Below, piece by piece: positions 1 through 8,640 of a DNA stretch of 64,000 nt. Under the pieces are notes generated by a model. That model was not told the origin of the DNA. It worked only from the letters and a program-made list of their open reading frames with translations, and made no database searches. Position 1 is the first letter of the stretch. Every line of letters starts with the position of its first letter. The translations under genes were made by a program, and so were the position numbers. The stretch is taken from sequence record CP088595.1; one strand, 5' to 3'. The DNA is from a plasmid.

Positions 1-773
1 TATTGGCTGATGGGAATGACCTGGTAAGCCATATGTAACCAGTTCGTGAGGTGCATATTCCGCCGCCACCTGTAACACGTTTTCCAGTTGGACAGGTAGC
101 TGTTGCTCCAGGAAAGCGCCAACCTGTGGCCTGTGCTGTAGCAATTTGAAGCTCACCAGATCCTACCTTTCTCCAGGTACCGGATTGGCACTGGCCTACG
201 TGCCAATCCGGTACGTGGGGGACAATAGGTGGAAAACTCAAAGTTACTCAGCTTTCCACCACAGGTTATCTGGGGCAATTCGACTTCTGTGCCATTGCCA
301 GAATGGGCAACGCAGAGGATGCCCACTACTGCCAGGTAGTTGAGAGCCCAGCAGGTTCACGCAAATGGTACAAATACGAGCATAAGACAGGTTGTATTGC
401 GTCGTGTGTAACGCTCAATTAAGTTTGATATCCAAATACTGAAAATACCCCGGCACCACATGATGTATTTTCTGTTGGATAGGATGTTATCTGATAGGAA
501 GTACCTGCAGGTACAGCAAAGCTGATAAAGGCTGTTTTTCCATATGCAGGGTTATTGCTGGCATTCACGCTAATTAGCGTCCCACCAACATATCCCTGCA
601 GTCGGGATGTATTTGCACATGCACCTCCGGCAGATCCTCCATTACCTCCAGATGCATAAATAAACAATGTACTGCCCCCTGAATTCCTCCCTGAGAATGA
701 ACCTCTATGTGAACCTAAGTTTGTGTAAGAACCATTGAGCGAACCAGAAGTCTTCCACGTACCGGATTGGCAC
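1..773. repeat. Right part of the IncI1 shufflon (continues left of the window). sfx 19-bp repeats lie at 174-192 (inverted), 200-218 (GTGCCAATCCGGTACGTGG) and 755-773 (inverted, identical). The invertible segment is 200-773.
   Basis: The 19-bp repeats were read directly. The reading frame through each repeat gives C-Q-S-G-T-W, continuing into two convergent PilV C-terminal tails (+ 201-422; - 773-419) whose stops overlap at a TTAA. Rci is encoded immediately downstream. Confidence 0.8.
419..773 (-). CDS. pilV': PilV C-terminal variable segment, in an orientation not currently fused to the pilV constant region
   Basis: Gly/Ser/Thr-rich adhesin-like tail. The frame enters through the sfx repeat at 755-773. 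The six-frame ORF extends artificially to 841 because there is no stop between the repeat and rci. Confidence 0.6.
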
Positions 774-824
774 GCTTGCAGAGAATGATTGTTGGCATTA
801 TTTTTTGCCTCTTTTGAGGTTAGC

Positions 825-1979
825 ATGCCGTCTCCACGCATCCGTAAAATGTCCCTGTCACGCGCACTGGATAAGTACCTGAAAACAGTTTCTGTTCACA
901 AGAAAGGGCATCAACAGGAGTTTTACCGGAGCAATGTTATCAAGCGATATCCCATTGCTCTTCGGAATATGGACGAAATAACAACCGTTGATATTGCTAC
1001 ATACAGAGACGTTCGTTTAGCAGAAATAAACCCCCGAACGGGTAAAGCCATTACAGGTAATACTGTACGTCTTGAACTCGCCCTTCTGTCATCTCTGTTC
1101 AATATTGCTCGTGTTGAATGGGGAACCTGTCGTACTAACCCGGTTGAACTGGTTCGCAAGCCGAAAGTATCCTCCGGACGAGATCGCCGGCTAACGTCTT
1201 CAGAAGAACGTCGCCTTTCTCGCTATTTCCGCGAAAAAAATCTGATGTTGTATGTCATTTTCCATCTTGCCCTTGAAACAGCCATGCGGCAGGGCGAAAT
1301 ACTGGCCTTACGTTGGGAGCACATTGATTTGCGCCACGGTGTGGCTCATTTACCTGAAACCAAAAACGGTCACTCACGGGATGTTCCTCTGTCCAGACGT
1401 GCCCGTAACTTTCTTCAAATGATGCCCGTTAATCTCCACGGCAATGTTTTTGATTACACCGCATCCGGCTTTAAAAATGCCTGGAGAATAGCCACACAAC
1501 GACTTCGCATCGAGGACCTGCATTTTCACGATCTACGGCATGAAGCAATAAGCCGCTTCTTCGAACTGGGTAGCCTGAATGTAATGGAGATTGCTGCAAT
1601 ATCAGGACATCGTTCCATGAATATGCTGAAACGGTATACTCATCTTCGTGCATGGCAACTGGTCAGTAAGCTTGATGCCCGCCGGCGGCAGACACAAAAA
1701 GTGGCAGCATGGTTTGTGCCGTATCCTGCCCATATCACGACTATCGATGAAGAAAATGGGCAGAAAGCGCATCGTATTGAGATCGGTGATTTTGATAACC
1801 TTCACGTCACTGCCACAACAAAAGAGGAAGCAGTTCACCGCGCCAGTGAGGTTTTGTTGCGTACACTGGCCATTGCAGCACAGAAAGGCGAACGTGTCCC
1901 ATCTCCCGGAGCGTTACCTGTTAACGACCCTGACTACATTATGATTTGCCCTCTGAACCCGGGCAGCACACCGCTGTAA
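825..1979 (+). CDS. rci: Shufflon-specific tyrosine recombinase Rci (384 aa)
   Basis: The N-terminus [11 protein letters not shown] matches the Rci start as I recall it. Tyrosine recombinase R...HxxR...Y motifs are present ([18 protein letters not shown]). It is adjacent to the sfx repeats. The start was chosen at 825 rather than 789. Confidence 0.88.
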   Translation: MPSPRIRKMSLSRALDKYLKTVSVHKKGHQQEFYRSNVIKRYPIALRNMDEITTVDIATYRDVRLAEINPRTGKAITGNTVRLELALLSSLFNIARVEWGTCRTNPVELVRKPKVSSGRDRRLTSSEERRLSRYFREKNLMLYVIFHLALETAMRQGEILALRWEHIDLRHGVAHLPETKNGHSRDVPLSRRARNFLQMMPVNLHGNVFDYTASGFKNAWRIATQRLRIEDLHFHDLRHEAISRFFELGSLNVMEIAAISGHRSMNMLKRYTHLRAWQLVSKLDARRRQTQKVAAWFVPYPAHITTIDEENGQKAHRIEIGDFDNLHVTATTKEEAVHRASEVLLRTLAIAAQKGERVPSPGALPVNDPDYIMICPLNPGSTPL

Positions 1980-2129
1980 ACATCATTCAAAACACATACA
2001 GAAAGGCGAGTTACAACAACTCGCCAAACACATTCGATCTGCATGATCGAAATTATTCGTTTCACCAGAAAAAACACCGAAGATACAATAACCACATGAG
2101 CTGAAAAGACTTTTTCAGTCGGAGGAACA

Positions 2130-2954
2130 ATGAGACTGAATACGACCGGTATTGCGGCCCGAATGATGCTCTCGCTGGACAAAAAAGCAATCGGCGAAAA
2201 ACTCATCAACGGTCGTCAGATAAACCCGACACCACTGCAGGTCCGTTACCCACAAGGGGTAAGAGAAGTTCTGGGGATAATGAGCGAACAATTAGCCATA
2301 TCCACCGCTGATTTAACCCGAATCCTGCTTGAGGATGCTCTTCATAATATGTTTATGCCTGCGGATAACACCACAGGAAACATAATAAGCAGAATTGAAT
2401 ACATCATGCTGTCGCATGATATAAATGCGCCATTACTGGCAACATTGCTGTCGCCATGGAATATCCGCTCCACGGTTATACAGGACCCGGCCAGACTTGC
2501 AGACTATCTTTCAGCTGACGCTCTCGAACATCTTGCTGAATGTTTTAATCTCAATCCGGACTGGCTGAATGGCCATGAAAACTATCCGATAGCGTTGTCC
2601 GGTGAATGGCCAGATACTGCTGATAATTTCAGAATGCTTATTAATGATAGCAGCAACACTGAAGTTATTTTCTGGCATAGTTTCCCCTTCGCAGGAAACA
2701 CGAAAAGAGAATATTGCGGGGTAATATTGAGACAGGAAAAAGAAATAAATGGCTCTGTAATATATCCGGCACTATCATTATCACCAACACTTCTGAACGA
2801 TGAAAAAAGAAAATGGTTAACTGAATATACAACCAGGCAGAATACAACAATGTCTTTGCGACGCGTCACGTTGAGACCTGGCCTTGCCGAGAACCTTATT
2901 ACAGGGCAAATACTACCTGTTAGCTTATTTAATACGTCTTTATTACCCTGGTAA
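2130..2954 (+). CDS. traE: Conjugal transfer protein TraE (274 aa); named by position
   Basis: First ORF after rci in the R64 gene order. No recognisable motif. Confidence 0.55.
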   Translation: MRLNTTGIAARMMLSLDKKAIGEKLINGRQINPTPLQVRYPQGVREVLGIMSEQLAISTADLTRILLEDALHNMFMPADNTTGNIISRIEYIMLSHDINAPLLATLLSPWNIRSTVIQDPARLADYLSADALEHLAECFNLNPDWLNGHENYPIALSGEWPDTADNFRMLINDSSNTEVIFWHSFPFAGNTKREYCGVILRQEKEINGSVIYPALSLSPTLLNDEKRKWLTEYTTRQNTTMSLRRVTLRPGLAENLITGQILPVSLFNTSLLPW

Positions 2955-3039
2955 ATACCAGATAGTACCAAAGTAAAAAATTACGGCACATCCGTGTCAT
3001 AGCGTTGTTTTGTCTAAATTCTGATAAACAGGAAATTAA

Positions 3040-4242
3040 ATGATGAAGAAAAATCATATTACCCGCACCATCATTGCATCTGCTGTATTATTTTCCTTTA
3101 ACGCTGCAGCAGCGACGTCATATTTTGAAGCGCGTAACGATGCAATGGGTGGCACCGGGGTAGCATCTTCCCATTATGGTGTGGCACCTCTGGCAAACCC
3201 GGCTTTACTGACAAAGCACAACAGCAATGATGATTTCAGCCTTCTTCTGCCGTCTGTTGGGGCACAAGTTGCTGATCCTGATGATGTATCAAATAAAGCT
3301 GATGATGTTAAAGATGACTGGGATTTGTTTGACAGTGCTGTAGATAACCAGCATGGCGTACAACAGGCAGCGGCAAATCTTAAACATCGTCTGCAGGAAT
3401 TCCGCAATATCAATGCAGATGCTCAGGTAGGTGTATCAGCTGTAGCAGCCATGGCAAATGACACTCTGCCGTTTGCCCTTATGGTCAAGTCTTACGGAAC
3501 TGTCAGCGTAAACGGAAAAGTAAACGATGCAGACCTGGATTATCTGGACAAAGTTGCCAATGGAACAATTACCGACGTCGATAAGAATGCCCTGACCTCA
3601 CGCGCATTCGGGCGTGCAGCTGTAATTACCGACGTCGGAATTTCATTTGCCAAAGAACTGGAAACGGCCGGACAAAAATGGTCTCTTGGCGTCACACCAA
3701 AATATCAGCGTGTGGACCTGTTTAACTACAACGTAACGGTTCGTGATTACGACAAAGACGATTTTGACGGTGACAAGTACCACAACACGAAAAACGGATT
3801 CAACGCCGATATTGGTGCTTATACAGACCTGAATGACAACTGGACTGTCGGTCTTGTTGCCCAGAACATCATTCCACGCAGTATTGATACTAAAGTCGTC
3901 AATGGCTTTAAAGAAACCTTCAAAGTTCGTCCACAGGCAACCGCCGGTGTATCCTGGCATAATGACCTGTTTACCACTGCTCTTGACGTTGATCTGACTC
4001 CTGCCAGTGGCTTCACTTCTGACAGCAAACGTCAGTTTGCAAGTGTTGGTGCTGAATTTAACGCATGGAAATGGGCGCAATTGCGTGCCGGTTATCGTCA
4101 GAACATGGCATCAAACTCCGGAAGCGCCTTCACCGCTGGCGTTGGTATCTCTCCATTTGACGTCGTACATATCGATGTTTCCGGCCTGGTAGGAACTGAC
4201 CACGATTACGGTGCAATGGCACAACTTCAGTTCACTTTCTGA
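3040..4242 (+). CDS. traF: TraF, secreted/outer-membrane protein (400 aa)
   Basis: N-terminal signal peptide. C-terminus QLQFTF with terminal Phe, an OMP beta-barrel signature. Position in the tra order. Confidence 0.6.
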   Translation: MMKKNHITRTIIASAVLFSFNAAAATSYFEARNDAMGGTGVASSHYGVAPLANPALLTKHNSNDDFSLLLPSVGAQVADPDDVSNKADDVKDDWDLFDSAVDNQHGVQQAAANLKHRLQEFRNINADAQVGVSAVAAMANDTLPFALMVKSYGTVSVNGKVNDADLDYLDKVANGTITDVDKNALTSRAFGRAAVITDVGISFAKELETAGQKWSLGVTPKYQRVDLFNYNVTVRDYDKDDFDGDKYHNTKNGFNADIGAYTDLNDNWTVGLVAQNIIPRSIDTKVVNGFKETFKVRPQATAGVSWHNDLFTTALDVDLTPASGFTSDSKRQFASVGAEFNAWKWAQLRAGYRQNMASNSGSAFTAGVGISPFDVVHIDVSGLVGTDHDYGAMAQLQFTF

Positions 4243-4301
4243 TTACAGTCCCCGCCCCCGGCACTAAACCCGGGGGTATTTTTATATTCAGTTTAAATAA
4301 C

Positions 4302-4886
4302 ATGATGAAACCACGTTCTTCTTATTCAAAGACAGCATTCATTCTTTTATTTTCTGTTTTCCTGGTAGCTGCAGTGACAAAAGCAAAAAGCTCGCTTCCC
4401 GATATCACCCTGGAACAGGCAAAAGAAATTAATGCTGATAACACCGTTATTTTCCTTTTCCGCCATGGAGAACGTTGCGACCGTTCAGATATGCCCTGCT
4501 ATTCGGATAAGAGCGGAATCACTATTACCGGTACAGAGAAAGCACAGCAGGAAGGTATTAAGTTCGCAACAATCTTCAGTGAATATGATATTTACTCCAG
4601 CAATGCGGTAAGAACCATACAAACTGCAAAATTCTTCTCCGGTAAAGAACCCGTCGTTATGGACAGTTTATCAGACTGCAATAATGATCTTTATAAGACG
4701 CTTGAATCAATCGCAAGAGAATCTCATAAAAGGAACATAGTAATAATGACACATAATCATTGTTTATCATTTCTGGCCAGAGATAGGCTCGGCAAGAAAT
4801 TCAAACCGGCGTACCTTGATGCCCTGATCATGCATTACGATGGTACCCGGCTCATACTTGACGGAAAATACAACAAAGAGGCATAG
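4302..4886 (+). CDS. traG: TraG (194 aa), signal peptide plus histidine-phosphatase-fold motifs
   Basis: Signal peptide. FLFRHGERCDR (the RHG motif) and a later IVIMTHNHC (second His motif). Position in the tra order. Confidence 0.6.
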   Translation: MMKPRSSYSKTAFILLFSVFLVAAVTKAKSSLPDITLEQAKEINADNTVIFLFRHGERCDRSDMPCYSDKSGITITGTEKAQQEGIKFATIFSEYDIYSSNAVRTIQTAKFFSGKEPVVMDSLSDCNNDLYKTLESIARESHKRNIVIMTHNHCLSFLARDRLGKKFKPAYLDALIMHYDGTRLILDGKYNKEA

Positions 4887-5279
4887 AGATATTTGAATTT
4901 ACATAAATTCTGATATACTCAGTAAGATACAAGAGTGTACGGGCACATGTGCCTGTCTGAATTGCAGGTTATCCGGACGAGGGCCGGGAACTGTTTCAGG
5001 GACAAGCGCCGGTACGTTCGATTCATAAATCGTCGAGTCATCCATCATGGATCGATTCGGCGCGGAGCGTTAAAGATTACGCTCACATTCATATTATGTC
5101 TGACGACCAATCAACCAGCCAGTATCAGGAATAATCACCTTCAGTAAACTATGAGGCTATTTACCTGGCCGCACTGGCATTTATTTCCGGTAACGCAAGT
5201 ATAGCCGGAAACAAACATCATCCTGTCTGTACCGGAGCACCGGTATATCCCATTCTGATTTAACTGCTCAGGAATTATT

Positions 5280-5738
5280 ATGAACCGTATTATACCTGCG
5301 GGGTGTCTTGCCGCCCTTTTTCTGGCTGGCTGCAACTCCCCTTCTCAGCATACTCCTGTTCCGCGTAACTACGGTGCTGCCTCTGATGTGGCGGTTACCC
5401 GGCACACTCAGTACACATTATGGGACAAAGGTGTGTTTTCCGGCCAACTTCCGGTTTCAACGGGGTCTCATCTTCTGACAGCTAACAGCGATCGCCTTTC
5501 CTTTGACTGGGAAGGTGATGCGATTGAATTACTGAACGAACTGGCCAGAGTCAGGGGGATGCAGTTTAACTACAATGGTGTCCGCCTGCCGTTACCAGTC
5601 AACCTTCACGTCCGGGATATGACGTTTTCCAATACGTTGAGACTTATTGAAGCCCAGACAGCCTGGAGAGCAACAATCCATCAATATCCGGGCTTGTTAC
5701 AGGTCAGCTTCATGCAGCCGGAGAACCGGAAAAAATGA
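5280..5738 (+). CDS. traH: TraH lipoprotein (152 aa), DotD-like
   Basis: Lipobox LAGC after a signal peptide. Position. Confidence 0.65.
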   Translation: MNRIIPAGCLAALFLAGCNSPSQHTPVPRNYGAASDVAVTRHTQYTLWDKGVFSGQLPVSTGSHLLTANSDRLSFDWEGDAIELLNELARVRGMQFNYNGVRLPLPVNLHVRDMTFSNTLRLIEAQTAWRATIHQYPGLLQVSFMQPENRKK

Positions 5739-6553
5739 AAGCACTCACCTCTCTCATTTTGCCAGTAATACTGCTTACTGGTTGTTCTTCTTCCCCTACC
5801 ATCTCGCCAGGTGGTGTCAATACGCCACCACCTGACATTAATGCATGGCTTAAACCACGAAGTGAAAAGCCGGATAGTCTGTCAGAAACACGCTGGAAAA
5901 TGCTGACCGACGCAGGTAAAACGCTTGGATTTCGTGGTGGCAAGGCTCAGCGCTCATGGGAGCTGATTCAGGCACTCAACGCCCGGGAAAGCACACTTAA
6001 TGCCTTATACGATTTCCGGCCACTGATTAGCCCGGAAGGCTGGCTACCACCGGTTATTGATGAAGCACAGGACGTAGCTCATATCACGCCAGATCAAATC
6101 CGGATCTCTTCCCGGGTCTGGACCATCATTCGCCCTGAACGCTTTGTCAGCAATCCACCGGGCTGGCGTGACTGGCTTCTCCGGGGGCTTTCAACAACAG
6201 CCACTCCGGGTACAGAAGGCAGCGTCGTTCCAGAAGACAGCGTGCAACGAAAAGTGTGGGAAACCGCATTACGGCAGGGATGGCAGGAAGGAAGACAAAA
6301 CGCCGACCTGACGCTTGAAGCCAACCAGAAAACCCTCACCCGTGATTACCGGGGCATGATGCTGTACTCACTTCTCTGGCGTCAGGGCATGATCACCCGT
6401 CCGGATGTTTCTGATCAAATGCAAACCGTTACAGGTGACGGGAAAAAACTGGTCACTGGAGATCGTGTTCGTCGCCTTAAAAATCATGCGGAATTCAATC
6501 TTCAGAAATCTCACTGGCGTCCGCTTATAGGCACTGAAGGAGGCTCCCGATGA
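5735..6553 (+). CDS. traI: TraI lipoprotein (272 aa), DotC-like
   Basis: Lipobox LTGC. Start overlaps the traH stop. Position. Confidence 0.65.
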   Translation: MKALTSLILPVILLTGCSSSPTISPGGVNTPPPDINAWLKPRSEKPDSLSETRWKMLTDAGKTLGFRGGKAQRSWELIQALNARESTLNALYDFRPLISPEGWLPPVIDEAQDVAHITPDQIRISSRVWTIIRPERFVSNPPGWRDWLLRGLSTTATPGTEGSVVPEDSVQRKVWETALRQGWQEGRQNADLTLEANQKTLTRDYRGMMLYSLLWRQGMITRPDVSDQMQTVTGDGKKLVTGDRVRRLKNHAEFNLQKSHWRPLIGTEGGSR

Positions 6554-7698
6554 ATATTCCTGATGAGTTTGGTCTTTTTCCGTTTCAGCGTTTCACTGCA
6601 GATGAACTACGGCATTTCTTTGTCTGGTGTGCCGCACATAAAGTCAGTGATGTGGATCTGACCGGCGGGTCACCTGTATCTGTCAGTCGCTTTGGCCGAC
6701 GGGTGCGTTGTTCCAGTGCAACGTTACCAACCACACTCATGTCCTCCCTGATTGATGAACTGTTCGGTCGGGAAGTCATTCCCCGCGTTCTGGCAGGCAA
6801 TCCGGTTGACAGGACGATACAGATTAACGGGGATGCATCCGGGCGCTATGGTCTTAAACGCGGAGAACGCATCCGGTTACGCTCTCACCTCATTCAGGGC
6901 ACATCTGGTGCGGAGGAGAAAGCAATCTCAATAACCATGCGTGTCATCCCGACAGAAATACCGGACATTCTCTCCATAAACATTGAACCAGACCTGCTTG
7001 AAGCAATGGTCTGCAAAAGCGGTCTGGGATTTGTATGTGGTGAAACAGGGTCAGGAAAATCAACGCTGTGTGCAGCACTGTACTGTTACATTAAGAAGAA
7101 TTATCCCAACGCCAAAATCGTGACATATGAAGACCCGGTGGAATATATCCTGGGAAATGAAAACGATCTGCTCCCACCGCATCAGGCAGAAATCGGGCGT
7201 GATGTGGTCAGTTTTGCTGCCGGACTGCGTTCTGCTGTACGACGTAATCCCGAAATTATCGGTGTTGGTGAGATCAGGGATAACGAAACCGCCGACGCAG
7301 CGGTACAGGCAGGCAACACCGGACATTACTGCCTGAGCACCATGCATACGAAATCTCCTGGTGAAACGCTGGCACGTCTTCTTGGGCTGTTTCCCCCTGT
7401 CATCAGGGATTCGATGGCCTGGGCTGTCCTGTCACTGTTGCAGTTCATTCTGGTTCAGGTTCTGGTCAGAACAAATGACGGTGGCCGTAAAGCCGTCCGG
7501 GAATATATCGTCATTAACGATGAGCTTCGCGACAATCTTTCCGGAATGCCACATGCAGAGTGGGGGCATCACATTGATGCCATAATCCGGCAGGAAAAAC
7601 GTCGTATCCGGGATCAGATTCTGGAAATGTATATCCGGAATGAAGTTGACCGAAGAGAAGCGATTCTTTTTATCCCGCCAGGGGAGTTACGGTCATGA
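6550..7698 (+). CDS. traJ: TraJ, PilT/VirB11/DotB-family secretion ATPase (382 aa)
   Basis: Walker A GETGSGKST. Length identical to R64 TraJ. Coupled to the traI stop. Confidence 0.85.
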   Translation: MNIPDEFGLFPFQRFTADELRHFFVWCAAHKVSDVDLTGGSPVSVSRFGRRVRCSSATLPTTLMSSLIDELFGREVIPRVLAGNPVDRTIQINGDASGRYGLKRGERIRLRSHLIQGTSGAEEKAISITMRVIPTEIPDILSINIEPDLLEAMVCKSGLGFVCGETGSGKSTLCAALYCYIKKNYPNAKIVTYEDPVEYILGNENDLLPPHQAEIGRDVVSFAAGLRSAVRRNPEIIGVGEIRDNETADAAVQAGNTGHYCLSTMHTKSPGETLARLLGLFPPVIRDSMAWAVLSLLQFILVQVLVRTNDGGRKAVREYIVINDELRDNLSGMPHAEWGHHIDAIIRQEKRRIRDQILEMYIRNEVDRREAILFIPPGELRS

Positions 7699-7985
7699 AA
7701 AGAGAAGGTTTCTGGCGATATGCAACACCGCCAGTCAACATCCAGGGCGTACCTCTGCCGTTCACCATGATTTATCTGTTTATATGCCCTTTTCCCTCCG
7801 AAACAACCTTCTGGATTTGCACCGGCATCATTTTATTTTTCGTCATTCTCGACCGTTCAGGCTGGACTGTCAGGACTATCTGTACACGTATTTTCAGCAT
7901 TCTGAGAGGGGCCATCGCCTCCGGTCGCCCATGGTGGTATCGCCACCATACGGAATCACCACGAGACTGGACTGGCCTCGATTAA
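7695..7985 (+). CDS. traK: TraK small inner-membrane protein (96 aa), IcmT-like
   Basis: Hydrophobic 96-aa ORF coupled to the traJ stop. Position. Confidence 0.6.
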   Translation: MKREGFWRYATPPVNIQGVPLPFTMIYLFICPFPSETTFWICTGIILFFVILDRSGWTVRTICTRIFSILRGAIASGRPWWYRHHTESPRDWTGLD

Positions 7986-7999
7986 ATTCTGGAGTCTTT

Positions 8000-8551
8000 A
8001 TGTCAGGTAAAAAAACTATCGTTACTCTGCTCCGGGTATCACTACTGGCATGCCCGTTACTGTTCACGACACCATCGTTTGCAATGATCGACACGCCATC
8101 CGTGAAGGTCGGCTTTTCTCCTGAAGGAAGTGCATCCGCTCTGGTGCTTGACACAATCAACAGTGCGGAAAGCTCCATCAGGATGATGGCATATTCTTTC
8201 ACCGACCCGGATGTAATGCATGCGCTGGCAAAAGCGAAAAAACGCGGAGTTGACGTCCGTATTGTTGTTGATGACAAGGGGAATACGAACCGGGCAAGTC
8301 GGGAAGCGATGAAATATATCAACCTGCTGGACATTCCTCTGCGGACTGTAGATGTCTTCCCCATCCATCATGACAAAGTCATCATTGTTGACGGAAACAC
8401 GGTTGAAACCGGCTCCTATAACTTCTCTCGTGCTGCTGCACACAAGAATTCAGAGAATGTCGTTGTGCTTAAGAATATGCCGGATGTAGCCGCACAATAT
8501 CTTGAACACTGGCAGGATCGCTGGAATAAGGGTACAGACTGGAGACCCTGA
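8000..8551 (+). CDS. nuc: Secreted phospholipase-D-family endonuclease Nuc (183 aa)
   Basis: HxK(x4)D motif HHDKVIIVDGNTVETGSYNF. Signal peptide MSGKKTIVTLLRVSLLACPLLFTTPSFA. The six-frame ORF from 7640 is an upstream extension; the ATG at 8000 follows GGAG. Confidence 0.8.
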   Translation: MSGKKTIVTLLRVSLLACPLLFTTPSFAMIDTPSVKVGFSPEGSASALVLDTINSAESSIRMMAYSFTDPDVMHALAKAKKRGVDVRIVVDDKGNTNRASREAMKYINLLDIPLRTVDVFPIHHDKVIIVDGNTVETGSYNFSRAAAHKNSENVVVLKNMPDVAAQYLEHWQDRWNKGTDWRP

Positions 8552-8640
8552 CAAACATTTCTCCCCCGGTTTTCTATCCCCCCAGCCACCCCCGGTTTCC
8601 GGCGGTGGTTTTTTTCCGTCTTTTTTCAGGAGAAGCACTC

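Noticed and set aside
146-343. 65-aa plus-strand ORF in the shufflon
   Set aside because: It reads through the sfx repeat in the wrong frame (VPIRYV instead of CQSGTW). The genuine plus tail is in another frame (201-422).
789-1979. Longer rci start at 789
   Set aside because: The Rci N-terminus as I recall it begins MPSPRIRK (825). The 12-codon extension lacks an RBS.
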